64,000 nt of DNA from an uncultured Alphaproteobacteria bacterium (GTDB taxonomy: Bacteria; Pseudomonadota; Alphaproteobacteria; Rhodobacterales; Rhodobacteraceae): positions 1,231 through 65,230 of the forward strand of contig CACFXF010000009.1 in NCBI GenBank assembly GCA_902570265.1, in the 5' to 3' direction. Under the pieces are notes generated by a model. The model searched no databases. It saw only the letters and a program-made list of their open reading frames with translations, and was not told the origin of the DNA. Position numbers and translations under genes: made by a program. Shown here piece by piece: positions 35,670 to 43,702 of the stretch (the stretch's first letter is position 1; the number at the start of each line of letters is the position of its first letter).

Positions 35670-37202
35670 TTAAAGTGGGATATTGTCATGTTTCTTCCAT
35701 GGGTTAGTAATTTTTTTTCCTCTTAAACTTTTAAAAGCCCTAACTAACCTTTTTCTTGAACTTCTAGGCATAATAACCTCATCAATGTAGCCCTTCTCAG
35801 CTGCAATAAATGGATTTGCAAATCTTTCTTCATATTGTTTAGTTTTATTAAGGATTTTTTCTTTATCTTCCAAATCTGACCTATAAATTATTTCAACTGC
35901 TCCTTTTGCTCCCATAACTGCAATTTCTGCTGATGGCCATGCATAATTTATATCACCTCGTAGATGCTTTGAAGACATAACATCATAAGCACCACCATAA
36001 GCTTTCCTAGTAATAATGGTTACTTTAGGAACTGTTGCTTCACCATAGGCAAAAAGTAATTTTGCTCCATGTTTTATTATACCACCATATTCTTGCTGGG
36101 TACCTGGTAGAAATCCAGGAACATCAACTAATGTGAGAATAGGAATATTAAATGCATCACAAAATCTAACAAACCGAGCTGCTTTTCTTGAACTGTCTAC
36201 ATCAAGACATCCAGCAAGTACCTTAGGCTGATTAGCAACTACGCCTATAGTATCACCGTCTAACCTAATAAAACCTATCAAAATGTTTCTTGCAAAATCT
36301 TTTTGCAGCTCAAAAAAATCATTTTCATCAGAAATTTTTAAAATAAGTTCTTTCATATCATAAGCAATATTTGCATTATTTGGTATTAAATTATCTAAAC
36401 TACTTTCTAATCTATTTGGATCATCAATTACTTTTCTACTGGGTGTCTTAGATCGATTATTAGATGGCAAAAAAGAAAGTAATTTTCTAACTTCTCTTAA
36501 TGCCAATATATCGTTATCAAATGCTAAATCAGCTACTGAAGACTTTGAAGTATGTGTTTTAGCACCACCTAAATCTTCTGAGGAGACTGATTCATTTGTT
36601 ACTGTTTTAACTACATCTGGACCTGTAACAAACATATAAGAGCTTTTTCTTACCATAAATATAAAATCTGTTATTGCAGGAGAATATACTGCACCCCCAG
36701 CACAAGGCCCCATTATAACGCTAATTTGGGGGATCACACCTGATGACAAAATATTTCGTTTAAAGACTTCCGCATAGCCTCCTAGTGATGACACCCCCTC
36801 CTGTATTCTTGCACCACCACTATCATTTAATCCAATGAAAGGCGCACCATTTTGCAAAGCCATATCCATGACTTTACAAATTTTTTGGGCATTCGTTTCA
36901 GATAAAGAACCACCAAAAACTGTAAAATCCTGACTAAATAAGTAAATCAATTGATTATTTACTGTTGCCCATCCAGTGATTACTCCATCGCCTGGATAAG
37001 ATTTTTTGTTTAAATCAAAGTCAGTACATCTATGAGTAACAAACATATCAAACTCTTCAAAAGAGCCTGGGTCAACCAGTATTTCTATTCTTTCTCTTGC
37101 TGTTAGTTTTCCTTTTTTATGTTGGGATAATATACGTTCTTTCCCTCCACCTTTTTTAGCTTCAGACCTTCTATTTTCTAGCTCAAGTAAAATCTTATTC
37201 AT
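35670..37202 (-). CDS. pccB: Propionyl-CoA carboxylase beta (carboxyltransferase) subunit
   Basis: It is 510 aa with [13 protein letters not shown], the acyl-CoA carboxyltransferase motif, and [14 protein letters not shown]. Confidence 0.9.
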   Translation of the reverse strand: MNKILLELENRRSEAKKGGGKERILSQHKKGKLTARERIEILVDPGSFEEFDMFVTHRCTDFDLNKKSYPGDGVITGWATVNNQLIYLFSQDFTVFGGSLSETNAQKICKVMDMALQNGAPFIGLNDSGGARIQEGVSSLGGYAEVFKRNILSSGVIPQISVIMGPCAGGAVYSPAITDFIFMVRKSSYMFVTGPDVVKTVTNESVSSEDLGGAKTHTSKSSVADLAFDNDILALREVRKLLSFLPSNNRSKTPSRKVIDDPNRLESSLDNLIPNNANIAYDMKELILKISDENDFFELQKDFARNILIGFIRLDGDTIGVVANQPKVLAGCLDVDSSRKAARFVRFCDAFNIPILTLVDVPGFLPGTQQEYGGIIKHGAKLLFAYGEATVPKVTIITRKAYGGAYDVMSSKHLRGDINYAWPSAEIAVMGAKGAVEIIYRSDLEDKEKILNKTKQYEERFANPFIAAEKGYIDEVIMPRSSRKRLVRAFKSLRGKKITNPWKKHDNIPL

Positions 37203-37301
37203 CTATAAATAACCCAAAAAATTGATATAACCAAAGTAAGATCAATTCAATTTAAATAATAAAAACATTATAAAACGAAATAAGTTATATTGCCAATATT
37301 A

Positions 37302-38024
37302 TTAATCATTTAATAATGTATTGGTATATATATTTTGAACATCGTCATCGTTTTCCAGCGCATCCATTAATCTAATCAATTTTTGTTGCTGATCATGAGA
37401 TATTGATAAATAATTCTTGGGTTTCCAAATTAATTTTACTAATTCACTTTCACCAAGTTTTTTTTCTAATCCTTCAGCTACTAGTGACAGAGACTTATCA
37501 TTACAGTAAAATGAATAAGTTTCTTTATCTATTTCTAAATCTACTGCTTCGACTTCAATTGCTAATTCCATCATGTTTTCTTCATCACCAGTTGAAAGGC
37601 TGAAAACAACAACTCCTAGACGATCAAACATAAAAGAAACTGAATTACTTTCGCCAAGATTACCACCATATTTTACAAATAAAGATCTAACATTTGAAGC
37701 AGTTCTATTTCTATTATCAGTTAAAGCTTCTACAATTATTGCGACACCGCCTGGAGCATATCCTTCATATCTAATATCTTCGTAATTAGAATTTTCAGAT
37801 CCTTGAGACTTTTTTATAGCTCTTTCAATAACATCTTTAGGAACGGAATTGGAACGTGCTTCTTTTACTGCTAATCTCAATCTTGGGTTTTTATCCACAT
37901 CTGGGTCTCCCATTTTGGCAGCAACAGTAATTTCTTTTGAAATTTTTGAAAATAACTTTGACCTAACAGCGTCTTGTCTACCTTTTCTATGTTGTATATT
38001 AGCCCATTTTGAGTGACCAGCCAT
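37302..38024 (-). CDS. YebC/PmpR family DNA-binding transcriptional regulator
   Basis: The N-terminal [15 protein letters not shown] is diagnostic. It is 240 aa. Confidence 0.9.
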   Translation of the reverse strand: MAGHSKWANIQHRKGRQDAVRSKLFSKISKEITVAAKMGDPDVDKNPRLRLAVKEARSNSVPKDVIERAIKKSQGSENSNYEDIRYEGYAPGGVAIIVEALTDNRNRTASNVRSLFVKYGGNLGESNSVSFMFDRLGVVVFSLSTGDEENMMELAIEVEAVDLEIDKETYSFYCNDKSLSLVAEGLEKKLGESELVKLIWKPKNYLSISHDQQQKLIRLMDALENDDDVQNIYTNTLLND

Positions 38025-38089
38025 TTTAGAACCTCAATCTAATTTTGAATTTAATAATATTTTTTTTTAAAAAAATCAAATTAAATGGA

Positions 38090-39859
38090 TTAGGTATACA
38101 TATAAGTAATAATAATCGAAGTTACTATTCCAAATATTAGATTTAAGGGCAACCCAACTTTTATAAAGTCAGTGAATTTATACCCTCCAGCAGCATAAAC
38201 CATAGTATTAGTCTGGTAACCAATAGGTGTAGCAAAACTGGCTGACGCTGCTATCATTATAACCATTATAAATGCTCTAGGATCATAGCCTAAACTACTA
38301 GCTAAAGTAATTGCAAAAGGAGTAATTACTACTGCTACTGCATTATTAGAAATAGTTTCTGTAAGAACAGAAGTAAGAAAATATAAAAACCAAATAATAA
38401 AAAATAGAGGTAAAAAGTTTAAATATGGATCAACAAACTTTGTTAGTCCACTAATTAAACCATTGAACTCTAAAGATCGACCGATTGCAAGCATTGAAAA
38501 AATAAGTACTAAAATTTTACCATCAATAAATTCATATGCCTCTTCAATATCTATACATCTTGAACATAATACAAAAACCACAGCTGTTATTGCCAAAACA
38601 AATAATGGTGCAAGACCTAATGATGAAAACAAAATTAGTCCAATGAAAGCACTCAAAACTAAAGGAGCGTGTTTTCTTCTATATGCTCTAACATTAGATT
38701 CAGCAAGAATTACTAAATCCACATCAGTAGCCATTTTCTGAATATCTTCTATTGCGCCCTCTATTAAAAGAGTATCCCCTACTTTAATAACTACATTTTC
38801 TAGTTGTTTACTAAGATTTCTGTTTCTTCTGTGTATAGCTAAGGCATATACTCCAAATCGTCTTCTCAATCTTAAACTACCCAAAGACCTACCAACTATC
38901 CTACAACCAGGTGGAACGAGGGTTTCTACTGTAATTGTTTGTTTAGAAGTTAATGTATCAACCATTCTTAAGTCATTGCTTTCCTTTAAGCTGATAAGCT
39001 CATCCATTTGTGTTCTTAAAACAATCCTATCACCTGCTTTAAATGAAATTTCATCTGAAAAATTACTTCCTAAGGAATTATCATTCCTTAAAATATTTAT
39101 CACTCTCATACCATCTCTATTAAAAATATTTGTCTCTGTAGAAATTTTGTCGACTAGTGGAGATCCCCTTGGAATAACTACTTCTGTTAGAAAACTCATA
39201 TTATCTCTGCCAGATAAAATATCACTCATAGAACTTCTTTCAGGAAGAAGAATTGATGAAAATAAAAACAAATAAATAACTCCAATTATAGCAAGGACAG
39301 CTGCTATTGGGGTAATTTCAAACATACCGAAAGGTTCTAAATCATATGATTGTGCTACACCGTCTATCAATAAATTTGTGGAAGTTCCAATTAATGTAAG
39401 CATTCCACCCATAATAGCTAAATATGATAAAGGAATTAAAAGTTTTGAAGCAGAAATTTTCATTTCATTAGCTAATTTTAAAACTATTGGTATTAGAACT
39501 AATACAACTGGAGTATTGTTTATAAATGCTGATGATATGATAGTTATTACTATTAATAAGAAAATTACAAACAAAGGACTTTTTTTAGTATTAGATGAAA
39601 TAAAATCGCCTACTTTATCCAATACACCTGTCCTAACCAAAGCTCCCGATAGAACAAACATACATATAATAGTCCATGGTGCAGGATTTGAAAGAATATT
39701 TAAAAATTCTTTGCTAGGAAGAATCCCCAAAATTACCATTAGAACAGCAGTACTTAAAGCTGTAACTTCTATAGGTACTATTTCAGTAATAAAAAAAACA
39801 ATCATTGTAACAAGTAAAATTAAAGAAATAACTACTTCAAAATTTTCCAATAAGATCAT
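38090..39859 (-). CDS. SLC13/DASS-type permease with two central TrkA-C (RCK_C) domains
   Basis: It is 589 aa with hydrophobic N- and C-terminal halves. A soluble insert at about aa 210-390 has two repeats (VIPRGSPLVDK... and LVPPGCRIVGRSLGSL...). Confidence 0.75.
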   Translation of the reverse strand: MILLENFEVVISLILLVTMIVFFITEIVPIEVTALSTAVLMVILGILPSKEFLNILSNPAPWTIICMFVLSGALVRTGVLDKVGDFISSNTKKSPLFVIFLLIVITIISSAFINNTPVVLVLIPIVLKLANEMKISASKLLIPLSYLAIMGGMLTLIGTSTNLLIDGVAQSYDLEPFGMFEITPIAAVLAIIGVIYLFLFSSILLPERSSMSDILSGRDNMSFLTEVVIPRGSPLVDKISTETNIFNRDGMRVINILRNDNSLGSNFSDEISFKAGDRIVLRTQMDELISLKESNDLRMVDTLTSKQTITVETLVPPGCRIVGRSLGSLRLRRRFGVYALAIHRRNRNLSKQLENVVIKVGDTLLIEGAIEDIQKMATDVDLVILAESNVRAYRRKHAPLVLSAFIGLILFSSLGLAPLFVLAITAVVFVLCSRCIDIEEAYEFIDGKILVLIFSMLAIGRSLEFNGLISGLTKFVDPYLNFLPLFFIIWFLYFLTSVLTETISNNAVAVVITPFAITLASSLGYDPRAFIMVIMIAASASFATPIGYQTNTMVYAAGGYKFTDFIKVGLPLNLIFGIVTSIIITYMYT

Positions 39860-39868
39860 TTTTTTGAT

Positions 39869-40678
39869 TTATTCCATACCGCTTTGGCTTAACAAACCTT
39901 TATACCTGAATGGTGATATTTTATTTGCTAATCCATCATTATTAATATCAACAACTATACCTGATAATGTTGCCTCTCCTTCGGCAGGCCTAAACCTTTC
40001 CTTTGTCATACCTGTAATAAATCTCCTAATCGGTTCAGTTTTTTCCATACCTATAACGCTCTGATAGTCTCCACACATTCCTAAGTCTGTTTGATAAGCT
40101 GTTCCATTTGGCAAAATTCTTGTATCTGATGTAGGAATATGAGTATGTGTACCAGCAATGACCGAAACTTTCCCATCAAAATGTAATGCTAGTGCATTTT
40201 TTTCTGAAGTAGCTTCTGCATGAAAATCAATAATTATAGCATCAACATTGGATTTTAAACTATATTTTTGCAAGTAGGATTCAATTGCTTCAAAAGGATC
40301 AGAAAACGGTTTTTTCATAAATACTTGACCTAGTACTTGAAGAATTAAAATTTTTTTACTCTCTAAATTAAATAATCTAAAACCTGATCCTGGTGAAAAT
40401 TTTGCATAATTGATTGGTCTTACTATCCTGCTATCTTTTTCTGCAAAATTTATCATTTCATTTTGATCAAAAGCGTGATCTCCTAAGGAGATACAATTAA
40501 CACCAGATTCAAAGAGTAATTTAGCATGAGATACAGAAAGACCCACTCCGGAAGTAGCATTCTCAGCATTTACAAGGACAAAATCTATTGATAACTTTTT
40601 TTTGATAATAAGTAAATTTTCAGCTATTGAAATTCTAGCCGTTTTACCAACAATATCTCCTAGAAACAATAACCGCAT
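39869..40678 (-). CDS. YmdB-like metallophosphoesterase (TIGR00282 type)
   Basis: MRLLFLGDIVGK, VNAENATSGVGL, GDHAFDQ and GTHTHIPT are metallophosphoesterase motifs. Confidence 0.8.
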   Translation of the reverse strand: MRLLFLGDIVGKTARISIAENLLIIKKKLSIDFVLVNAENATSGVGLSVSHAKLLFESGVNCISLGDHAFDQNEMINFAEKDSRIVRPINYAKFSPGSGFRLFNLESKKILILQVLGQVFMKKPFSDPFEAIESYLQKYSLKSNVDAIIIDFHAEATSEKNALALHFDGKVSVIAGTHTHIPTSDTRILPNGTAYQTDLGMCGDYQSVIGMEKTEPIRRFITGMTKERFRPAEGEATLSGIVVDINNDGLANKISPFRYKGLLSQSGME

Positions 40679-40723
40679 ATTCCCTTATAAGGCTTTGAAG
40701 AAATTTATACAACTAATTAAGAA

Positions 40724-41326
40724 TTAGTTTGCAGTATCGAAGAATTGAAATCCATTTTCAGTGAGAATAGAGTCAATTTTTTCATCATTTTTATCAATAG
40801 GTAGTTTTCCAGAGTATTTTTGACAACTGAAGGCTAACCCAACTGTAAATATTTTTTTTTCAACATTTTGCTTAAAATTTAAAATTGTTCTATCATAGAA
40901 GCCTCCACCATAACCTAACCTATACCCAAAATCATCATATGCTAATAGTGGAATTAACATTAAATCTGGAACTAAAAAGGCTCCATTAGATGGTATTTTA
41001 GCTCCAAAATTTGATATAACTAATTTAGTGTCTTCTTTCCATTCCCTAAAAATCAGTGGTGAATTTAATTTTTGCACAACAGGCAAACAATAATTTAAAT
41101 TTCTTTCTTTTAATAACCGTGCAATTGGAAAAGGATCAACTTCTGTATTTATTGGATAATAAAAAGCCAGGTTATTTATGTTTTTTTGATTTTTAAACCA
41201 ACTATAAAAATGATTGGATATAATTTCAGCAAAAATAACACCATTATTAAGAAAAATTTCTTTTCGCTTTTTCTTTAAAACACCCCTCAAATGTTGTTTT
41301 TTTTTAGATATGGGCATAGAGAACAA
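40724..41326 (-). CDS. 5-formyltetrahydrofolate cyclo-ligase
   Basis: It is about 197 aa and carries the family signature GYGGGFYDR. Confidence 0.8.
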   Translation of the reverse strand: MFSMPISKKKQHLRGVLKKKRKEIFLNNGVIFAEIISNHFYSWFKNQKNINNLAFYYPINTEVDPFPIARLLKERNLNYCLPVVQKLNSPLIFREWKEDTKLVISNFGAKIPSNGAFLVPDLMLIPLLAYDDFGYRLGYGGGFYDRTILNFKQNVEKKIFTVGLAFSCQKYSGKLPIDKNDEKIDSILTENGFQFFDTAN

Positions 41327-41354
41327 GTTAATCCTAAATATTAATAATTCCTTT

Positions 41355-41520
41355 AAGTGAGATCCAACACAAACGTTAATTATAACCCTCGAGAGCCTGT
41401 TTTACCAGGTGGGCACCGGTATATTATGGACCACGATCCAAAACAGAGCCAGTTCCCTTTCGAGAATTTAAGGCCACTAGGATATTTCTTAACTGAGAGG
41501 CCAGAACTCACATCTATAAA
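41355..41520 (-). ncRNA. ssrS: Probable 6S RNA
   Basis: It is a visibly G+C-richer noncoding patch directly upstream of, and co-oriented with, the 5-FCL gene, matching the conserved ssrS-ygfA arrangement. The ends are complementary (GTGAGTTCTGG / TTGGATCTCAC on the minus strand). There is an internal TACCAGGTGGGCACCGGTA hairpin. The boundaries are approximate. Confidence 0.55.
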
Positions 41521-41649
41521 ATATCAAATATATTTTTCTAATTAAAGAAAAAAAATTATTAAAATTATGTAAATAATTTTTTTCACCAATTTTTTTTTAT
41601 TCTTTAGATGACTTGTAATTATATATTTTTTTTTGTATTTTTTTTTTGT

Positions 41650-41724
41650 GCCGAGGTAGCTCAGTGGTAGAGCAGGAGTTTGTGGAGCTCTTGGTCGTAG
41701 GTTCGATCCCTACCCTCGGTACCA
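41650..41724 (+). tRNA. tRNA-His (GTG), no encoded G-1, A73, CCA encoded
   Basis: The cloverleaf was built by hand. The acceptor is GCCGAGG/CCTCGGT (G1-U72). The anticodon loop is TTGTGGA (GTG at 41682-41684). The T arm is GTAGG-TTCGATC-CCTAC. Base -1 (41649) is T. Confidence 0.9.
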
Positions 41725-41744
41725 CTTTATGGGATAATTTTTTT

Positions 41745-43151
41745 ATGGATTTAAATACCTCAAAAATAAATAACAAACCAACTTCGTTTTTACAAGAACT
41801 TGATCTTGAACACCATTTACATCCGTTCACAGATCATAAAGAATTGAAATCAAAAAAACCAAGAGTAATAGTCCGTGGTGATGGTGTATTTATATATGAT
41901 AATGACGGCAATAGATATTTAGACGCTATGTCTGGACTTTGGTGTGTGAATATAGGTTATGGAAGAAAAGAATTAGCCCTGGTGGCAAAAAAACAAATGG
42001 AAGAATTACCTTATTATAATACTTTTTTTCAAACCAGTCACCCACCTGTTATAGAGCTTTCCACAAAAATTGCATCCTTGGCTCCAAAAGATATGAATAC
42101 AATCTTTTTTAGTAGTTCTGGTTCTGAAGCTAATGAAACAAACATAAGACTTGTAAGACATTATTGGGCAAGCATAGGCAAGCCATCCAAAAAAATTATA
42201 ATATCTAGAAGAAATGCATATCATGGTTCATCAATGGGAGCAGCAAGCCTAGGTGGGATGTCTTCAATGCATTCTCAAGGTGGCTTACCGATTCCGAATA
42301 TAGAACATATAAACCAGCCTTATTGGTATGGTGAAGGAAAAAATCAGGCTCCCGAAGATTTTGGAAAGCAACGGGCTTTAGAATTAGAAGAAAAAATAAA
42401 TGAATTGGGTTCAGAAAATGTAGCTGCATTTATTGGAGAGCCTGTTCAAGGTGCTGGAGGTGTTATAATACCACCAGACACATACTGGCCTGAAATCCAG
42501 CGTATATGTGATGAGCACAATATATTACTTATATCAGATGAGGTTATTTGTGGTTTTGGTAGACTAGGTTTTTGGTTTGGATCTGAAAGTTTTAAGATCA
42601 AACCTGATATTATGACAATTGCAAAGGGACTTTCATCTGGATACCAACCAATAGGAGGCTCAATTATTTCTAACAAAATTGCTGAAACTTTGGAACAAGA
42701 AGGAGGAGAATTTAATCATGGATATACTTACTCCGCTCATCCTGTTGCAGCAGCAGTAGCTTTAGAAAATATTAGAATACTAGATGAAGAAAAAATTGTA
42801 GAAAAAGTTCAAAATACTACCTCTAAATATCTTGAGGAAAAATGGCTTTTATTAAATGATCATCCACTTATTGGAGAAGCTAGGATTAAAGGTATGATGG
42901 GAGCATTAGAGCTTACACCAGAAAAATCAAAAAGATCACCTTTTCCTTTACCTGAAGGAGAGGCAGGTATGATAACAAGAGAAATTTGTATAAAAAATGG
43001 TTTAATTATGCGCGCAGTTGGCGATAAAATGATAATTTCACCTCCTCTAATTATTGAAAAAAATGAAATAGATGAATTAATTGATTTGATTTGGAAATCT
43101 CTTGAGGAATCAAAAAATCATTTAGAAAAATTAGGGATTGCTTTTAATTAA
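41745..43151 (+). CDS. Class-III (omega) aminotransferase, amine:pyruvate type
   Basis: The start was moved to the ATG at 41745 (MDLNTSK), because the ORF-track start overlaps the tRNA. LWCVNIGYGR, DEVICGFGRLG and the PLP-lysine region TIAKGLSSGYQPIG are present. Confidence 0.85.
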   Translation: MDLNTSKINNKPTSFLQELDLEHHLHPFTDHKELKSKKPRVIVRGDGVFIYDNDGNRYLDAMSGLWCVNIGYGRKELALVAKKQMEELPYYNTFFQTSHPPVIELSTKIASLAPKDMNTIFFSSSGSEANETNIRLVRHYWASIGKPSKKIIISRRNAYHGSSMGAASLGGMSSMHSQGGLPIPNIEHINQPYWYGEGKNQAPEDFGKQRALELEEKINELGSENVAAFIGEPVQGAGGVIIPPDTYWPEIQRICDEHNILLISDEVICGFGRLGFWFGSESFKIKPDIMTIAKGLSSGYQPIGGSIISNKIAETLEQEGGEFNHGYTYSAHPVAAAVALENIRILDEEKIVEKVQNTTSKYLEEKWLLLNDHPLIGEARIKGMMGALELTPEKSKRSPFPLPEGEAGMITREICIKNGLIMRAVGDKMIISPPLIIEKNEIDELIDLIWKSLEESKNHLEKLGIAFN

Positions 43152-43680
43152 AAAAATTGAAATAGTTTTCAAGCTCAATTTCTGAATTATAAAATAAATC
43201 CTTACTGTTGGATAAACTGTTAGCTAATTCGAGAAAATAACCACTTAAGCTTTGAGGTAGAATAAAATAACCTAAATTATCTTCTGCAAAAAAATATACA
43301 CTGTTTGAATTAATAAGAACTAACTTACATGTTTGATTATCAAAAGTATTGAGATCAAAACCCAAAACTCCAAATATTTTATAGCTTGTTTTAATGTTTG
43401 CAGTTATTATTTCCTTACCTGATGAAAAATTGCGAATAGTACCAATTTTTTGAATATCTTTTTTAAAATACTGATATTTTTTAAATTTGATATTTATAAA
43501 TATCAAATCATTACAATCTGGATTTAAAATTTTACCAGATTCCCAACTTTCATAAAACCCAATTTGAGGGTATTTTATATTATGTTTCATAAATAGTTTA
43601 TAAAGTTTTTGCTCAAAACTTTTTATATTATGATTAAATATCCAAATTTCTTTAGGTCTTAATATTTTTTCGTTTTTCAA
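43144..43680 (-). CDS. Hypothetical protein, 178 aa (in the position of a sarcosine oxidase gamma subunit)
   Basis: It lies 22 bp downstream of the soxA-like gene and is very N/K/F/I rich. I recognise no motif, so the assignment is positional only. Confidence 0.4.
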   Translation of the reverse strand: MKNEKILRPKEIWIFNHNIKSFEQKLYKLFMKHNIKYPQIGFYESWESGKILNPDCNDLIFINIKFKKYQYFKKDIQKIGTIRNFSSGKEIITANIKTSYKIFGVLGFDLNTFDNQTCKLVLINSNSVYFFAEDNLGYFILPQSLSGYFLELANSLSNSKDLFYNSEIELENYFNFFN

Positions 43681-43702
43681 ATTTCTAACCTTTTATATTC
43701 AA

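Noticed and set aside
39378-40064. Long antisense or nested ORFs from the ORF track. Examples are 39378-40064, 15903-16304, 30263-30634, 38976-39275, 22092-22388, 24956-25264, 32808-33116, 10751-11050 and 14770-14988
   Set aside because: Each lies opposite or inside a well-supported gene with clear family motifs. They have low-complexity or odd composition and no start context, so they are treated as chance ORFs.
41357-41545. The 62-aa GTG-start ORF
   Set aside because: It overlaps the G+C-rich structured region best explained as a 6S RNA on the opposite strand. It has no RBS and no recognisable protein features.
41597-41830. The minus-strand 77-aa ORF, and the N-terminal extension of the plus-strand ORF starting at 41646
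   Set aside because: Both run through the tRNA-His gene (41650-41724). The aminotransferase most plausibly starts at the ATG at 41745.
43144-43151. The TTAATTAA palindrome supplying the stop codons of two convergent genes
   Set aside because: It is real but trivial. It is an expected by-product of tight packing in AT-rich DNA, not a regulatory feature.
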